Notes under the pieces: generated by a model
What the model saw: the letters and a program-made list of their open reading frames with translations, nothing else
What the model was told of the DNA's origin: nothing
Database searches by the model: none
Virus record (IMG/VR): IMGVR_UViG_3300043395_001986
Span: 1 to 64,000 of that record
Strand: one strand, 5' to 3'
Length of the DNA stretch: 64,000 bases
Source of the DNA: a virus
Taxonomy: Duplodnaviria; Heunggongvirae; Uroviricota; Caudoviricetes
In this document: positions 28,761 through 39,743 of the stretch, in pieces
Position numbering within the stretch: the stretch's first letter is position 1
Layout: each line of letters begins with the position of its first letter
Made by a program: the position numbers and the translations under genes

Positions 28761-29051
28761 ATGACAACAATATTACTAACATTATCAATTATTATCAATA
28801 TCGGACTAGCATACGCAGTTTACAACTTACTAAAAAAATATGAATTATTAGAAGATGAAGTAGATACATCTATCAATAATATTGAATATTTAGAAAGTTT
28901 GTTTACAACTTCATATGAAAAAATGAAAGAAATTGATGAAAGAGGTGCGTTTGCAACCGATGATGAAGTTGGTAGTGTTTTTGATGATTTAAAAAGTATA
29001 ATCTATCAAACACAAAACATCTTAAATAATGGGAAGAAAAAAGAAGGATAA
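28761..29051 (+). CDS. membrane-anchored coiled-coil protein
   Basis: N-terminal TM segment; DERGAFATDDEVG. Confidence 0.6.
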   Translation: MTTILLTLSIIINIGLAYAVYNLLKKYELLEDEVDTSINNIEYLESLFTTSYEKMKEIDERGAFATDDEVGSVFDDLKSIIYQTQNILNNGKKKEG

Positions 29052-29754
29052 AAACTACTTTACACTAGACACGGAAGCTGCAATTATTGAATATAATAAG
29101 TGTGCAAATTCAATAGAAAGAGAAAAAATTTATAGAGATAGAATACAATATTCATTTCATAAACTTGCTGAAAATGTATTAAATACTTTTAAATTTTCAT
29201 ATTTTGATGATGATAAGCAAGATATAATGCATGAAGTTGTTACCTTTTTAATTGAAAAAATGCATATGTTTAAAGAAGGTAAAGGCAAAGCCTTTTCGTA
29301 TTTTACAATTATAGCAAAGAACTATCTTATATTAAATAATAATGCAAATTACAAAAGATTTAAAGCAACATCACAACTATCGGAACTACCAGAATCATTT
29401 GATTTAGAAAATGATTTTAAACAAACAACCCATAATGAAGAATTTAAAACATTTAATGATAGAATGTTAGAATATTGGGATGTAAATCTTTCTAGAATTT
29501 TTACAAAGAAACGAGATATACAAATTGCAGATTCTGTTTTAGAATTATTTAGAAGAGCGGAATACATAGAAAATTTTAATAAAAAGAATTTATACCTACT
29601 TATTAGAGAAATGACGGGTCATAAAACACACTATATAACAAAAGTGGTTTCTCAAATGAAAGAAACTCAAATGAAGTTATATTATAAATTTTTAGATGAA
29701 GGCGATATAAGAGAAAAAGATGACCCATTTTGGGAAAAATCAATAAACATTTAG
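29029..29754 (+). CDS. phage RNA polymerase sigma factor (gp55-like, probably late)
   Basis: YFT, KLAEN, region-2-like F...KGKAFSYFTIIAKNYLI. Confidence 0.7.
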   Translation: MGRKKKDKNYFTLDTEAAIIEYNKCANSIEREKIYRDRIQYSFHKLAENVLNTFKFSYFDDDKQDIMHEVVTFLIEKMHMFKEGKGKAFSYFTIIAKNYLILNNNANYKRFKATSQLSELPESFDLENDFKQTTHNEEFKTFNDRMLEYWDVNLSRIFTKKRDIQIADSVLELFRRAEYIENFNKKNLYLLIREMTGHKTHYITKVVSQMKETQMKLYYKFLDEGDIREKDDPFWEKSINI

Positions 29755-29758
29755 TTAT

Positions 29759-31483
29759 ATGAAAATTTTAGGGATTTCTGCTTTTTATCACGATTCTGCA
29801 GCTGCTTTAATTGTAGACGGTAAAATAGTAGCAGCAGTAGAAGAAGAACGATTTAGTGGTAAAAAACACGATCCTTCATTCCCATATAAATCCATAGATT
29901 GGATTTTAAAATCAAATAATTTAAAAATATCAGATATTGATAAAATAGCCTGGTACGAATGCCCAACTCTTAAAAAAGATAGAATACGAAAAACTTTTTG
30001 GAAAAGATTTCCAAAATCTTTAGGTATTATTTTTGATTTTTTAACTTGGAAAAAACGAACAGACCCAATCCCTCATTTAAAAAAAATAGGATGGGATAAA
30101 AATGTACATTTTGTAGAGCATCATATTTCACATTTGGCATATTCTTTTTTAACATCTAATTTTGAAAAAGCAGTTTTAATATCAGTTGATGGTGTTGGTG
30201 AATGGGATACTGCTGTATATGGAGTTGGTGTAAATAATACATATGTTCAACCATTAGAAAGGGTATCATATCCAAATTCATTGGGCATGTTTTACGCAAC
30301 ACTTACTTCTTTTTTGGGTTTTAAACCAAATAGTGGTGAGTATAAAGTAATGGGGTTAGCGGCATTTGGTAGTACAAAGGATAAATTTAAAAAAGAAATG
30401 GAAAAATTGATATGGTGGAATAATAAAACCAATCAATTCGAAATGAATATGAAATATTTTTCATATGAGTACTCAAATAAAAAAATGTATACATTTGAAT
30501 TAGCAAAATTATTTAATATATCACCAAGAGTGCCTGAAAGTGAGTTAGAACAAATACATAAAGATATTGCATTTTCTCTTCAATCTCACTATGAAAGAAT
30601 ATTTTTTAAATTTTTGAATTATGCATATTCAAAAACACCATATGATAATTTATGTTTAAGTGGTGGTTGTGCATACAACGGAACTGCTAATGGAAAAATT
30701 TTAGAAAAAACAAAATTTAAAAATGTTTATATCCCACCAGCACCATCTGATTCTGGAAGTGCAATTGGTGCGGCATTGAGTATCTATTACAAATATAAAA
30801 ATGTAAAAATTAGAGATTACAATAATGTAAGTGCATATTTAGGACCAAAATACACAGATGCAGATTACGAACTTTCTATTTTCTACCATCATCATAATAA
30901 TGTACAAAAAATAGATAGAAAAAAAGTAAAAAAATATTTAAAAGAATCTGACTTAATAGAAGATGTATCAACTTATTTAAAAGAAGGAAAGATTATAGGC
31001 TGGTTTCAGGGTAGAACTGAATTTGGTGCGAGAGCATTGGGTAATCGTTCTATATTGGCAAATCCTTGTATTCCTGATATAAAACCAAAAGTTAATAAAG
31101 TAATTAAAAAGAGAGAAGGATTTAGACCATTTGCACCGATGGTTACATCGCAAGATGCGGATAAATATTTCCAAATGAATGGACAAAAAGTTCCATATAT
31201 GAATCAGGTTGTTAAAGTAAAAGATTCTTTCATAGCTAATTTACCTTCAATTACTCACGTAGATGGAACAGCAAGAGTACAAACATTAGAAGAAAAAATA
31301 AATCCATTAATGCATTCTTTATTGAAAAAATTTGAATACAAAAGTGGATATCCAATATTATTAAATACCTCATTTAATCTCCGAGGTCAAACAATGGTAA
31401 ACACACCAAATGAAGCAATTTGGACATTCCAGAATTGCGAAATGGATTATTTAGTTATTGGTAACTATATCATATCTAAATAA
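29759..31483 (+). CDS. carbamoyltransferase (NodU/CmcH family)
   Basis: HDSAAAL, EEERF, EHHISH, DGVGE, EYKVMGLA, EFGARALGNRS, RPFAP, LNTSFN. Confidence 0.93.
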   Translation: MKILGISAFYHDSAAALIVDGKIVAAVEEERFSGKKHDPSFPYKSIDWILKSNNLKISDIDKIAWYECPTLKKDRIRKTFWKRFPKSLGIIFDFLTWKKRTDPIPHLKKIGWDKNVHFVEHHISHLAYSFLTSNFEKAVLISVDGVGEWDTAVYGVGVNNTYVQPLERVSYPNSLGMFYATLTSFLGFKPNSGEYKVMGLAAFGSTKDKFKKEMEKLIWWNNKTNQFEMNMKYFSYEYSNKKMYTFELAKLFNISPRVPESELEQIHKDIAFSLQSHYERIFFKFLNYAYSKTPYDNLCLSGGCAYNGTANGKILEKTKFKNVYIPPAPSDSGSAIGAALSIYYKYKNVKIRDYNNVSAYLGPKYTDADYELSIFYHHHNNVQKIDRKKVKKYLKESDLIEDVSTYLKEGKIIGWFQGRTEFGARALGNRSILANPCIPDIKPKVNKVIKKREGFRPFAPMVTSQDADKYFQMNGQKVPYMNQVVKVKDSFIANLPSITHVDGTARVQTLEEKINPLMHSLLKKFEYKSGYPILLNTSFNLRGQTMVNTPNEAIWTFQNCEMDYLVIGNYIISK

Positions 31484-31500
31484 CATTTTTTTGTTAGGAA

Positions 31501-31508
31501 TATTTATA
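31501..31508 (+). promoter_or_regulatory. putative phage late promoter TATTTATA at the start of the structural block
   Basis: Intergenic, 11 nt before ATG. Confidence 0.55.
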
Positions 31509-31519
31509 AAAAACTTATT

Positions 31520-31942
31520 ATGCCAATAGACTTGGAATTTCAATTGTTTAAAGGAAAGACATTTTCCGGATTGATGCAAGATATATACGAAAATCAACAA
31601 AATAAAAAGAAAAATATATCTGCTATGATTGAGGATATGCGTAAATTAATTACGAATCAGCAATCTGCAGTTGTTATAGGTCCTATAATTAAAGACCTTA
31701 TAGATGTTTCTGTTTTTAATGATGAACATTTAGTAAAGTTAGCAACAATAGCACAAAGAATAATGTTGGCACAGGGTAAATCAAAATCCGATGATGGCTT
31801 TTTATCAGAAGAAGAAAAAAGACAATTATTAGGAGAGATAGATAGAGTTGCTGAACAAATAGAGGATTCGCATACAAAACAGGTATCTAAATTAGAAGAT
31901 ATTGAATTTGAATTAGAAGATTTAAAAAAGGGAATTAAGTAA
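31520..31942 (+). CDS. conserved phage hypothetical protein
   Basis: First gene of the structural block, after TATTTATA. Confidence 0.6.
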   Translation: MPIDLEFQLFKGKTFSGLMQDIYENQQNKKKNISAMIEDMRKLITNQQSAVVIGPIIKDLIDVSVFNDEHLVKLATIAQRIMLAQGKSKSDDGFLSEEEKRQLLGEIDRVAEQIEDSHTKQVSKLEDIEFELEDLKKGIK

Positions 31943-33330
31943 TGGCAGATTTTCCAACAGAAAAAACGGGTGGTAGTGCCGGCAAAGGCACAGAACTTGT
32001 ATTGGCTATTGTTGAAGAAGTAATATTAGATACATCTGCAATAACTTTTGATGCCGAAACAAATGATTATTTGTATTCGGAATTTAATAATATAATACCA
32101 TCGGGAGATATAAGAGACCTACAAGAAAGAGCAGTAGACCAAAAAGCAGTAGATGCTCAAAATTATATAAAAGAAAACAAACTTAAAAATCAAAGATACA
32201 TAGGGGCAATTAGATATCGTTTATCAACTCAAGCTGGACAAGATACAACTCAATTACCAATTGCCTTTCCATTAAATCCAAATTTTTTTACTATACCTTT
32301 ATTAAAAGAAATAGTAGAAATTACAAAAACTGAAAGTGGACATTATTATGAAAGAGTAAAATCAAATAATTCTCCAAACTATTCAACAAATGTGGGTATT
32401 TTATTATCATCAGAAACACAGAATGGTAATAATAGTTTTTTACAACAAAAAGGATTGGATTCAATTAAGAGTGCAGAAGCCGGGATACCACAATCTTCTA
32501 TAAAAAAAAGGCCAAATAATATACCATCTTCCGAAGTTGGACAATATTTTAAAAGAGATTTGAGATATCATTCATTAACCCCGTATGAGGGTGATACTAT
32601 TTTACAAGGAAGATTTGGACAATCAATAAGATTTAGTGGATTTATAAATGAAAATAGAAAAAATGCAAAAAAAGCAAGTCCATCAATAATAATAAGAAAT
32701 GGTGAAAATGCAGAATCTCTTAATAATATAAAAATATATGAGACAGTAAAGGAAGATGTTAATAAAGATGGAACATCAATTCATATAACAAGTGGTGATT
32801 ATTTAACACCATATACACCAACAACTTCTGTAAAAAAAGAAGCAAATGATGTGTTTCCACCACAAAATAAACTTATAGGTGACCAGGTAGTAGTTAATAC
32901 TGGACGATTAATTTTATCTACAAAAGCAAATGAAATATATATATTTTCTAAACTATCTACATCATTTTATTCGGATGATTTCTTTACAATAGATACTGCA
33001 AATGGATATAGAGCCGTAGTTCAAGATGGTGATTATTTTACAAAAATTAATGGACAATCAAACAACTATGTTGTAGAAATAAATGATACGGGCAAAATAT
33101 GTTTAGGAGCAGAACCATCAGAAGTTTCTGCTACATCTAAAGTACAACAAGCTGTAAAAGGAAATGCATTAGCTGAAATTTTAGATAGGTTGGTTATGAT
33201 TTTAACGGATACATATCAAATGAAAACACCATCTGGTATTACTGATTTTGGTCCCGTTGATAAGAGTGAATTAAACGCAATCAAATCGGACCTAAAAAAG
33301 ATTTTATCTAATAATAATTTCCTTATATAA
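31942..33330 (+). CDS. baseplate hub/spike (gp5-like) protein
   Basis: EGDTILQGRFGQSIRF, beta-repeat C-terminus, VKGNAL; context. Confidence 0.55.
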   Translation: MADFPTEKTGGSAGKGTELVLAIVEEVILDTSAITFDAETNDYLYSEFNNIIPSGDIRDLQERAVDQKAVDAQNYIKENKLKNQRYIGAIRYRLSTQAGQDTTQLPIAFPLNPNFFTIPLLKEIVEITKTESGHYYERVKSNNSPNYSTNVGILLSSETQNGNNSFLQQKGLDSIKSAEAGIPQSSIKKRPNNIPSSEVGQYFKRDLRYHSLTPYEGDTILQGRFGQSIRFSGFINENRKNAKKASPSIIIRNGENAESLNNIKIYETVKEDVNKDGTSIHITSGDYLTPYTPTTSVKKEANDVFPPQNKLIGDQVVVNTGRLILSTKANEIYIFSKLSTSFYSDDFFTIDTANGYRAVVQDGDYFTKINGQSNNYVVEINDTGKICLGAEPSEVSATSKVQQAVKGNALAEILDRLVMILTDTYQMKTPSGITDFGPVDKSELNAIKSDLKKILSNNNFLI

Positions 33331-34631
33331 TGAGCTGGTCTAGATTCCGAAATAATATGATTGAGAAAATGAACAATTATCCGTATGAGGATAATAATGG
33401 ATTTGCTCAAGCACTTGCGGACGAATACGATAAATGTATGAAAAGTGGGTCTGATATTGTAAATAAAAACAGACTAAAAGTAGGAAATAAATCCGCATTT
33501 CAAGCAATAATAGAAGCACAGCAAGCAGAAGGAGTTGCATCAACAACCGAAGCATTTTATAGTTTACTTTTTCTTAAAATGGGAAATGCAGCTAAAGCAT
33601 ATTGGGCAGGTGCCAAATTAATGGAAACAAACCCACCAATATTAGTAACACCACCTGCTATAAAAAATTTATATATAATACCGGAAGGAAATGTTGTAAC
33701 AAACCCAGGTCAGTTTGCTACGGCACCTGTTGCACCAATTGATAATGCATTAACATTTCTAAATTCATTTATTTCTTTAGCAAAAGCACATTTGGTTACA
33801 ATTAGTGGTATATGCAATACAATGGCACAATATCCACCACCGGCGCCGCCGGCACCTTCGATAGTACAATGGACAGGATTTAGTGTACCTGACCAGGATG
33901 ATGGAGATAATGATGAACTCACAATGACAGAAAACGAACTATCAGGTGCAAAAGAGGATTTAAAATCAGCACAAGTAGCAGCTAAACAGGCTAAAACAGA
34001 CCCTGCTAAACAGGCAGCATTGGATGCGATAAAATTTTTTAGAAACAAAATAGCGGCAAAGAAAAATAATGCATTAACTGCGGATTCTCAAATAGAAGAA
34101 AATCCACCACCACCTCCACCACCATCTGATGCTGCTATTGGAAATAAAATAGTATATTATGCTAAATTGGATATTGGTAAAACCGAAGACCCATTGCCAC
34201 CTGGTAAACCTGAAAACTGGGGTCCCTTTGTGCAATCGTGTTTAAAATCAACAGGTATAAATGAACCTGCGTTTTGGTGTGCCGCATTTGTAACGAAGAT
34301 TTATAAATCAGCAGGTGCAGCAAATCCAAGTTCAGCAGGTTGTGATGAGTGGAGAGCATGGGCAAAGAAAAAAGGATTATGGAGTAGAACACCAACAATC
34401 GGTGCAGCGATACTATATGGCTCAGAAGCAGATGCACACCATATTGGTATAGTTGAACAAGTAAGTGGTACAAAATTAGTATCTACAATTGAAGGAAACA
34501 CAACCGGTGGAAGGGGATTTAATAGAAATGGATGTGGGTGTTTTAGAAAAACTGGTCCTTTTAGAAATGTATTAGGATATGTATCACCTGTTGATGCAAA
34601 GAGTTTAAAAACAACAAAAAAGAAAAGTTAA
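33330..34631 (+). CDS. virion-associated protein with C-terminal CHAP amidase domain
   Basis: WCAAFV, HIGIV, TIEGNT; Pro-rich linkers. Confidence 0.8.
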   Translation: MSWSRFRNNMIEKMNNYPYEDNNGFAQALADEYDKCMKSGSDIVNKNRLKVGNKSAFQAIIEAQQAEGVASTTEAFYSLLFLKMGNAAKAYWAGAKLMETNPPILVTPPAIKNLYIIPEGNVVTNPGQFATAPVAPIDNALTFLNSFISLAKAHLVTISGICNTMAQYPPPAPPAPSIVQWTGFSVPDQDDGDNDELTMTENELSGAKEDLKSAQVAAKQAKTDPAKQAALDAIKFFRNKIAAKKNNALTADSQIEENPPPPPPPSDAAIGNKIVYYAKLDIGKTEDPLPPGKPENWGPFVQSCLKSTGINEPAFWCAAFVTKIYKSAGAANPSSAGCDEWRAWAKKKGLWSRTPTIGAAILYGSEADAHHIGIVEQVSGTKLVSTIEGNTTGGRGFNRNGCGCFRKTGPFRNVLGYVSPVDAKSLKTTKKKS

Positions 34632-34658
34632 ATAATTATATATAACAAATAAATTAGT

Positions 34659-35129
34659 ATGGACAATAAAAAATTTATTCAATTAATTAGAGCAGTTATT
34701 CGTGAAGAAGTGAAAACTGCTGTTAAAGAGGTTTTATTAGAACAAAAACAAACACAAACTAAACAAATATCTAAACCATCTTTAAAAGAAATGGTTGAAG
34801 ACCCATTTGAAAAAGCAAATAGAATTTTACAACAAAGTAGAAAAGATGAGCCTGTTCAAAATAAAAGATTAAGTAAAAATCCAATTTTGAATGAAGTTTT
34901 AAATCAAACAATGCCGTTCCAACCGGGTATGAGTAGAGATGATGGTGGATATGGAACAATGAATTTTACGGCAGATATGATTGGGTATGGTGGAATGAAT
35001 ACAGGATTACCAACTACAAATCCAGATGGTCAACCATTGGCTGCAAATCCAGCTAATAAAGAAGTTGCAGCTGTTGCGAAAGCAATGACAAGAGATTATA
35101 GTGAATTAGTGAAAAGATTTAAAAAATAA
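34659..35129 (+). CDS. hypothetical protein
   Basis: IRAVIREEV, NPILNEVLNQT, RDYSELVK. Confidence 0.6.
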   Translation: MDNKKFIQLIRAVIREEVKTAVKEVLLEQKQTQTKQISKPSLKEMVEDPFEKANRILQQSRKDEPVQNKRLSKNPILNEVLNQTMPFQPGMSRDDGGYGTMNFTADMIGYGGMNTGLPTTNPDGQPLAANPANKEVAAVAKAMTRDYSELVKRFKK

Positions 35130-35545
35130 TGGCAATTGTAATAAATAATAAATTTAAAGCAGAAATTGCTCAAAAAGCAATTGGATTATCTTTACCAATT
35201 AGAAAAGGTAATGGTGGTTATTTTGAATCTAATTATGAAACAAGAAAACAAATCCAATCTAATTTAAGAAATTTATTACTAACACAAAAAGGAGAAAGAA
35301 TAGGAAATACTGACTTTGGTTGCAATTTAAAAAAGGTTTTGTTTGAACCACTAATACAAGAAGATTTGGAATCGTTTATTCAATCCGATATTGAGTTAGC
35401 AGTTGCAACATATCTTCCTTATGTTACAATAGAATCAATTGATTATTCTCAAAATGAGGATGAACATAGAATAGAATTAAACATAAATTATTCTTTAAAT
35501 TTTGATACAATTAAAGATATAGAAACAATAAATTTGGTAATATAA
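35129..35545 (+). CDS. baseplate wedge subunit gp25-like
   Basis: NLLLTQKGER...FGCNL...LFEP. Confidence 0.88.
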   Translation: MAIVINNKFKAEIAQKAIGLSLPIRKGNGGYFESNYETRKQIQSNLRNLLLTQKGERIGNTDFGCNLKKVLFEPLIQEDLESFIQSDIELAVATYLPYVTIESIDYSQNEDEHRIELNINYSLNFDTIKDIETINLVI

Positions 35546-35546
35546 A

Positions 35547-37571
35547 ATGGCACTGAAACCAATAGATAAAACATTTACAGGAAATAAAAAAGATGTAAGA
35601 TATCTTAATAGAGATTTTTCATCATTTAAGCAGGCATTAACAGATTTTGCCAAAACATATTTTCCAAATACAGCAAACGATTTTAGTGATGCTTCACCTG
35701 GTACTATGTTTATAGAACTTGCATCATATGTTGGGGATGTATTATCTTTTTATACTGATGCTCAATTAAAAGAATCATTTATTAATTTAGCATCGAATAA
35801 AACAAATCTAATAACCCACGCACAAAATTTAGGATATAAACCAAAAATTTCAACACCATCAATTGTTAATTTATCATTATACCAAATATTACCTGCAATA
35901 AAAACCGATGGAGTAGTAGGAACACCTGATTTTAGATATGCATTGAGAATAGAAGCAGGTATGGAAGCGGAAACTGCTGATGGTATTGTATTTAGAACAA
36001 TGGATGTTTGTGATTTCAACGATGAAACGGATAGAGATATAACTCTTTATAATAAAGATAATGGAGAATTTTTAGTTAAAAAAAGAGTTAAGGCTATGAG
36101 TGCGGATGAATTGGAAATGGAAATCAATTGGAGCAATAAAGAATTTGAAGAAAACCCATCGTTTACAATAACAGATAATGAATTTTTAGGAATCACATCA
36201 ATATATGATGATGAAAACAATAGATACTATGAAGTAGATTTCTTAGCTCAAGACTTTGTATATATTCAGGAACCAAATATAAGCATAAACGGAAATAAAT
36301 CATCCGAAGCAACTACAACTCCATATCTACTAAAACAATTAAAAACAAATAGAAGATTTGTTACTAGAGTAATAAATGAAAATACAATTGAAGTTAGATT
36401 TGGAAGTGGAAATGAAGATTTACCTGATGAAATATTAATACCAAATACTAAAAATGTAGGATTAGGATTGAATAATTCAATCGAAAGATTGAATCATGGA
36501 TATGACCCTTCTAATTTTTTATTTACAAATGCATATGGAATTGCACCTCAAAAAACAAAATTAAAAGTTAAATATTTAAGTGGTGGTGGATTAAAATCAA
36601 ACATATCGTCAGATTCTATTACAAAAATTAGAAGCATAACTTTTAATGAAGATGCGAATACATTTAGTAGTACTGAACAAAATACCTATGCATATTATAG
36701 ACAACAATTACAGGTAACAAATGATGAACCTGCTGTTGGTGGTTCTGGTTTTGAATCTTTGGAATTAATAAGAGAAAATTCTATTGCAAATTTTGCATCT
36801 CAAAACAGAGCAGTTACTAAACAGGATTATGAGGTAAGAGTTTTATCATTACCACCAAAATTCGGCAATATAGCAAAAGTATATGTTGAAGCAGATGGTA
36901 ATATTGATGATTTTGGAGCAAGAGCAATATTAAAAGATGCAAATCTTCAAAAAGAATTTTTATCATTTATTAAAAGTTCAAAATCTTTAAACGATAAAGA
37001 AATTGAAGTTGAGCTTAAAAAGTTTTTAAAAAATAAAAAAGATACACCAAATCCGGAAATAAACAATCCATTTGCAATTAATATGTATCTTTTGGCATAT
37101 GATATTAATAAAAATTTAATTCCAATAAATGAGAGTTTAAAACAAAATTTAAAAATATATTTAAATGAACATAGAATGTTGACAGACGCTGTTAATATTT
37201 TAAAAGCATTTATTATTAATATTGGAGTTAACTTTGAAGTTACTGTCTTTAACAATTATAACAAAAGAGAAGTTGTTTTAAATTGTATACAAACGATAAC
37301 TAATTTCTTTGATATAGATAAATGGAAAATAAACCAACCAATTAATTTAAGTGAATTAGAATTAGAAATCGCAAATGTAGATGGTGTATCATCTGTCCCA
37401 TTAGTTGAAATATATAACATATGTAAAAGTTCATCAAATGGAGGAGACTATGCAACTAATTCATATAATATTAAAGAAGCAACTAAAAATAAAATAATTT
37501 ACCCATCATTAGACCCATCTATTTTTGAACTTAAATTTCCAAACGTAGATATAAAAGGAAGAGCTTTATAA
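35547..37571 (+). CDS. baseplate wedge subunit gp6-like
   Basis: RDF, SYVGDVLSFYTD, FGSG, QNRAVTKQDY. Confidence 0.85.
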   Translation: MALKPIDKTFTGNKKDVRYLNRDFSSFKQALTDFAKTYFPNTANDFSDASPGTMFIELASYVGDVLSFYTDAQLKESFINLASNKTNLITHAQNLGYKPKISTPSIVNLSLYQILPAIKTDGVVGTPDFRYALRIEAGMEAETADGIVFRTMDVCDFNDETDRDITLYNKDNGEFLVKKRVKAMSADELEMEINWSNKEFEENPSFTITDNEFLGITSIYDDENNRYYEVDFLAQDFVYIQEPNISINGNKSSEATTTPYLLKQLKTNRRFVTRVINENTIEVRFGSGNEDLPDEILIPNTKNVGLGLNNSIERLNHGYDPSNFLFTNAYGIAPQKTKLKVKYLSGGGLKSNISSDSITKIRSITFNEDANTFSSTEQNTYAYYRQQLQVTNDEPAVGGSGFESLELIRENSIANFASQNRAVTKQDYEVRVLSLPPKFGNIAKVYVEADGNIDDFGARAILKDANLQKEFLSFIKSSKSLNDKEIEVELKKFLKNKKDTPNPEINNPFAINMYLLAYDINKNLIPINESLKQNLKIYLNEHRMLTDAVNILKAFIINIGVNFEVTVFNNYNKREVVLNCIQTITNFFDIDKWKINQPINLSELELEIANVDGVSSVPLVEIYNICKSSSNGGDYATNSYNIKEATKNKIIYPSLDPSIFELKFPNVDIKGRAL

Positions 37572-37572
37572 T

Positions 37573-38661
37573 ATGTACACATTCATTACAGCATCTAAAG
37601 ATGCAGCTATATATAACGAAGAATCATACCAAAATACAGGATATGATGAAATATTAGAAGTTGGTGCATACATTGTAGATGTTACTAAATATAAAACTCG
37701 TTCTTTAATTAAGTTTGAAACATCACATATATCACAATCATTAGCAATATATAATGCACAATCTGCATCATCATTATTTACCGCATCTTTATTATTAAGA
37801 GCAATTGAATTTAATGAAATACCTGCTACATCTACAATATACGCATATCCCGTTTCTCAAAGTTGGGAAGAAGGTGTTGGTACATTGGTAGATAAGATTT
37901 CCACAAAAGGTGTATCTTGGTGGTATAGAAATGGTGAATCGCAAACACTTTGGCACACGGATGCAGATGATAATATCGGACAAGAATTAACAGGTTCTAT
38001 TGGAACAAGTTTAGATACAGATGGAAGAGGTGGTACCTGGTATACATCATCTTTATCAAAAACATATAGCTATAAAGTAGAAGATTTAGAAATAGATATA
38101 ACTTCATTTGTAAAAAATTGGTTAAGTGGTAGTGTTGCAAACGAAGGAATTGTACTAAAACTATTATCTGATTTAGAATCAGATGATAACGATTATGGTA
38201 AATTTAAATTCTTTTCAAAACAAACAAACACAATATATCAACCTAAATTAATATTAAAATGGGATGAAACTTTCAATGAAGGAACTGGTAGCGTTTTAGG
38301 ACAAAATTATAGAACTTTTACTTCTAATTTAAATTCAGAATACAAATTAGGACAGAGAGTAAAAATAGAAGTAAAAACAAGAGAAAAATACCCAACTACA
38401 ACATATTCTACATTTGGATATGATACATATTATAATTTACCATCTTCAAGTTACTACGAAATTATAGATAGTAAAACCGGAGATGTTATTATTCCATTTT
38501 CATCACAGTCAAAATTAAATAGAGATTCATCTTCTGCTAAAAATTATTTTTACTTAAATTTAAGTAATTTTGAAAAAGGTAGAAATTATACTATAAATGT
38601 AAAAATTGAAGAAGATTTTTCGCAACAAATATTTAATATAGGAAACTTTGATATTGTATAA
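37573..38661 (+). CDS. virion structural protein (DNRLRE-like beta domain)
   Basis: KDA.IY, RSLIKF, W.EG.G, DIT..VK.W, KFFS..T.TIY.PKL. Confidence 0.55.
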   Translation: MYTFITASKDAAIYNEESYQNTGYDEILEVGAYIVDVTKYKTRSLIKFETSHISQSLAIYNAQSASSLFTASLLLRAIEFNEIPATSTIYAYPVSQSWEEGVGTLVDKISTKGVSWWYRNGESQTLWHTDADDNIGQELTGSIGTSLDTDGRGGTWYTSSLSKTYSYKVEDLEIDITSFVKNWLSGSVANEGIVLKLLSDLESDDNDYGKFKFFSKQTNTIYQPKLILKWDETFNEGTGSVLGQNYRTFTSNLNSEYKLGQRVKIEVKTREKYPTTTYSTFGYDTYYNLPSSSYYEIIDSKTGDVIIPFSSQSKLNRDSSSAKNYFYLNLSNFEKGRNYTINVKIEEDFSQQIFNIGNFDIV

Positions 38662-38663
38662 AA

Positions 38664-39731
38664 TTGGAAGAGATTAAAAAAATAAACATTACAGATTCTA
38701 GTTCATCTACACTAGATGCTAAACTTATCGTTGATACATATAATGTAAACGAATTGGTTAAATCCGTTGATGTAGGTGTAAGGGAGTTAATAAAACCTTT
38801 ACCTACACCAAATTTAGAATTAATACCAAAGCCATTATATGATGAGGCATTATTAGAGATACAGGACCTAACACAAATTATAGCAACACAACAAATAGAA
38901 ATTGACAACTTAAATTCAGAAATTACAATTTTAGAAGATAAGGTTAGAACATTAGAATTTGATATAGATGATAATAAATTACAAAAAGCATTTATTGAAA
39001 ATCAGTTTCAACAAAGTGGTCTTACAATAATAGAAGTAAGACAACAAATTCAAGAATCTTTTTCCAAAGCTATAAATGAAAATATTGAAAGAGGTGCGTT
39101 GGAGGCAGAAAATGAAGGATTAATTGCACAAAAAAATGCATTAATCAAACAAATAGATACTCTAAATAATTTATTAAATCAACAAAATAGTCAAATACAA
39201 AGATTAGAAGGTCAACTATCCGCAAAAGAACAAGCGATATCAGCGGGAGGTGTTGCAACAGGACAATTATCTACATTAGTATTTGATGGAGGAGACCCTA
39301 CAAAAACTACAAATGAAGGTTTTAATATTTGCCAAGATTATGGAGATGGGTATGGTTCTACGGCTAAATATAAGAGTTTTGCACCATCAAATCCACCATG
39401 GAAAGGTTTATATAAATCGTGGGTAGATATTGTAGCTGGTCCAAAGGATATACAAGTTGATTTTGCATTTAAAGACGGTTTAAAAAATTCTCCTTGGGAT
39501 TTTGGAGTACAATTACCCGCAACAATAAAAGCAAATGAAACTTTAAGATTTAAAATGGATGCACCTTCTGGTTATTTAGGAACAATAACAGGTCAACATG
39601 GGGGTGGGTTGTTTTCACATTCACGTGCGACTGTATATGATTATGTAATGACAATTATTGCAAAAGATATTGACCAAAATGGAAAAACAGAAACAAAAGA
39701 TTTTAGGGGAAGATTATATCATCATGGATAA
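38664..39731 (+). CDS. coiled-coil virion protein
   Basis: Long heptad region; structural block; TTG start. Confidence 0.55.
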   Translation: MEEIKKINITDSSSSTLDAKLIVDTYNVNELVKSVDVGVRELIKPLPTPNLELIPKPLYDEALLEIQDLTQIIATQQIEIDNLNSEITILEDKVRTLEFDIDDNKLQKAFIENQFQQSGLTIIEVRQQIQESFSKAINENIERGALEAENEGLIAQKNALIKQIDTLNNLLNQQNSQIQRLEGQLSAKEQAISAGGVATGQLSTLVFDGGDPTKTTNEGFNICQDYGDGYGSTAKYKSFAPSNPPWKGLYKSWVDIVAGPKDIQVDFAFKDGLKNSPWDFGVQLPATIKANETLRFKMDAPSGYLGTITGQHGGGLFSHSRATVYDYVMTIIAKDIDQNGKTETKDFRGRLYHHG

Positions 39732-39743
39732 TTATATTAAGTA

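Noticed and set aside
34104-34125. CCA trinucleotide repeat (also GGT/GGA at about 41378-41398)
   Set aside because: Simply encodes poly-Pro and poly-Gly linkers.
31942-35545. NNFLI and NLVI ends of baseplate proteins as LI tags
   Set aside because: They lack the adjacent basic residues and are typical terminal beta strands; not counted.
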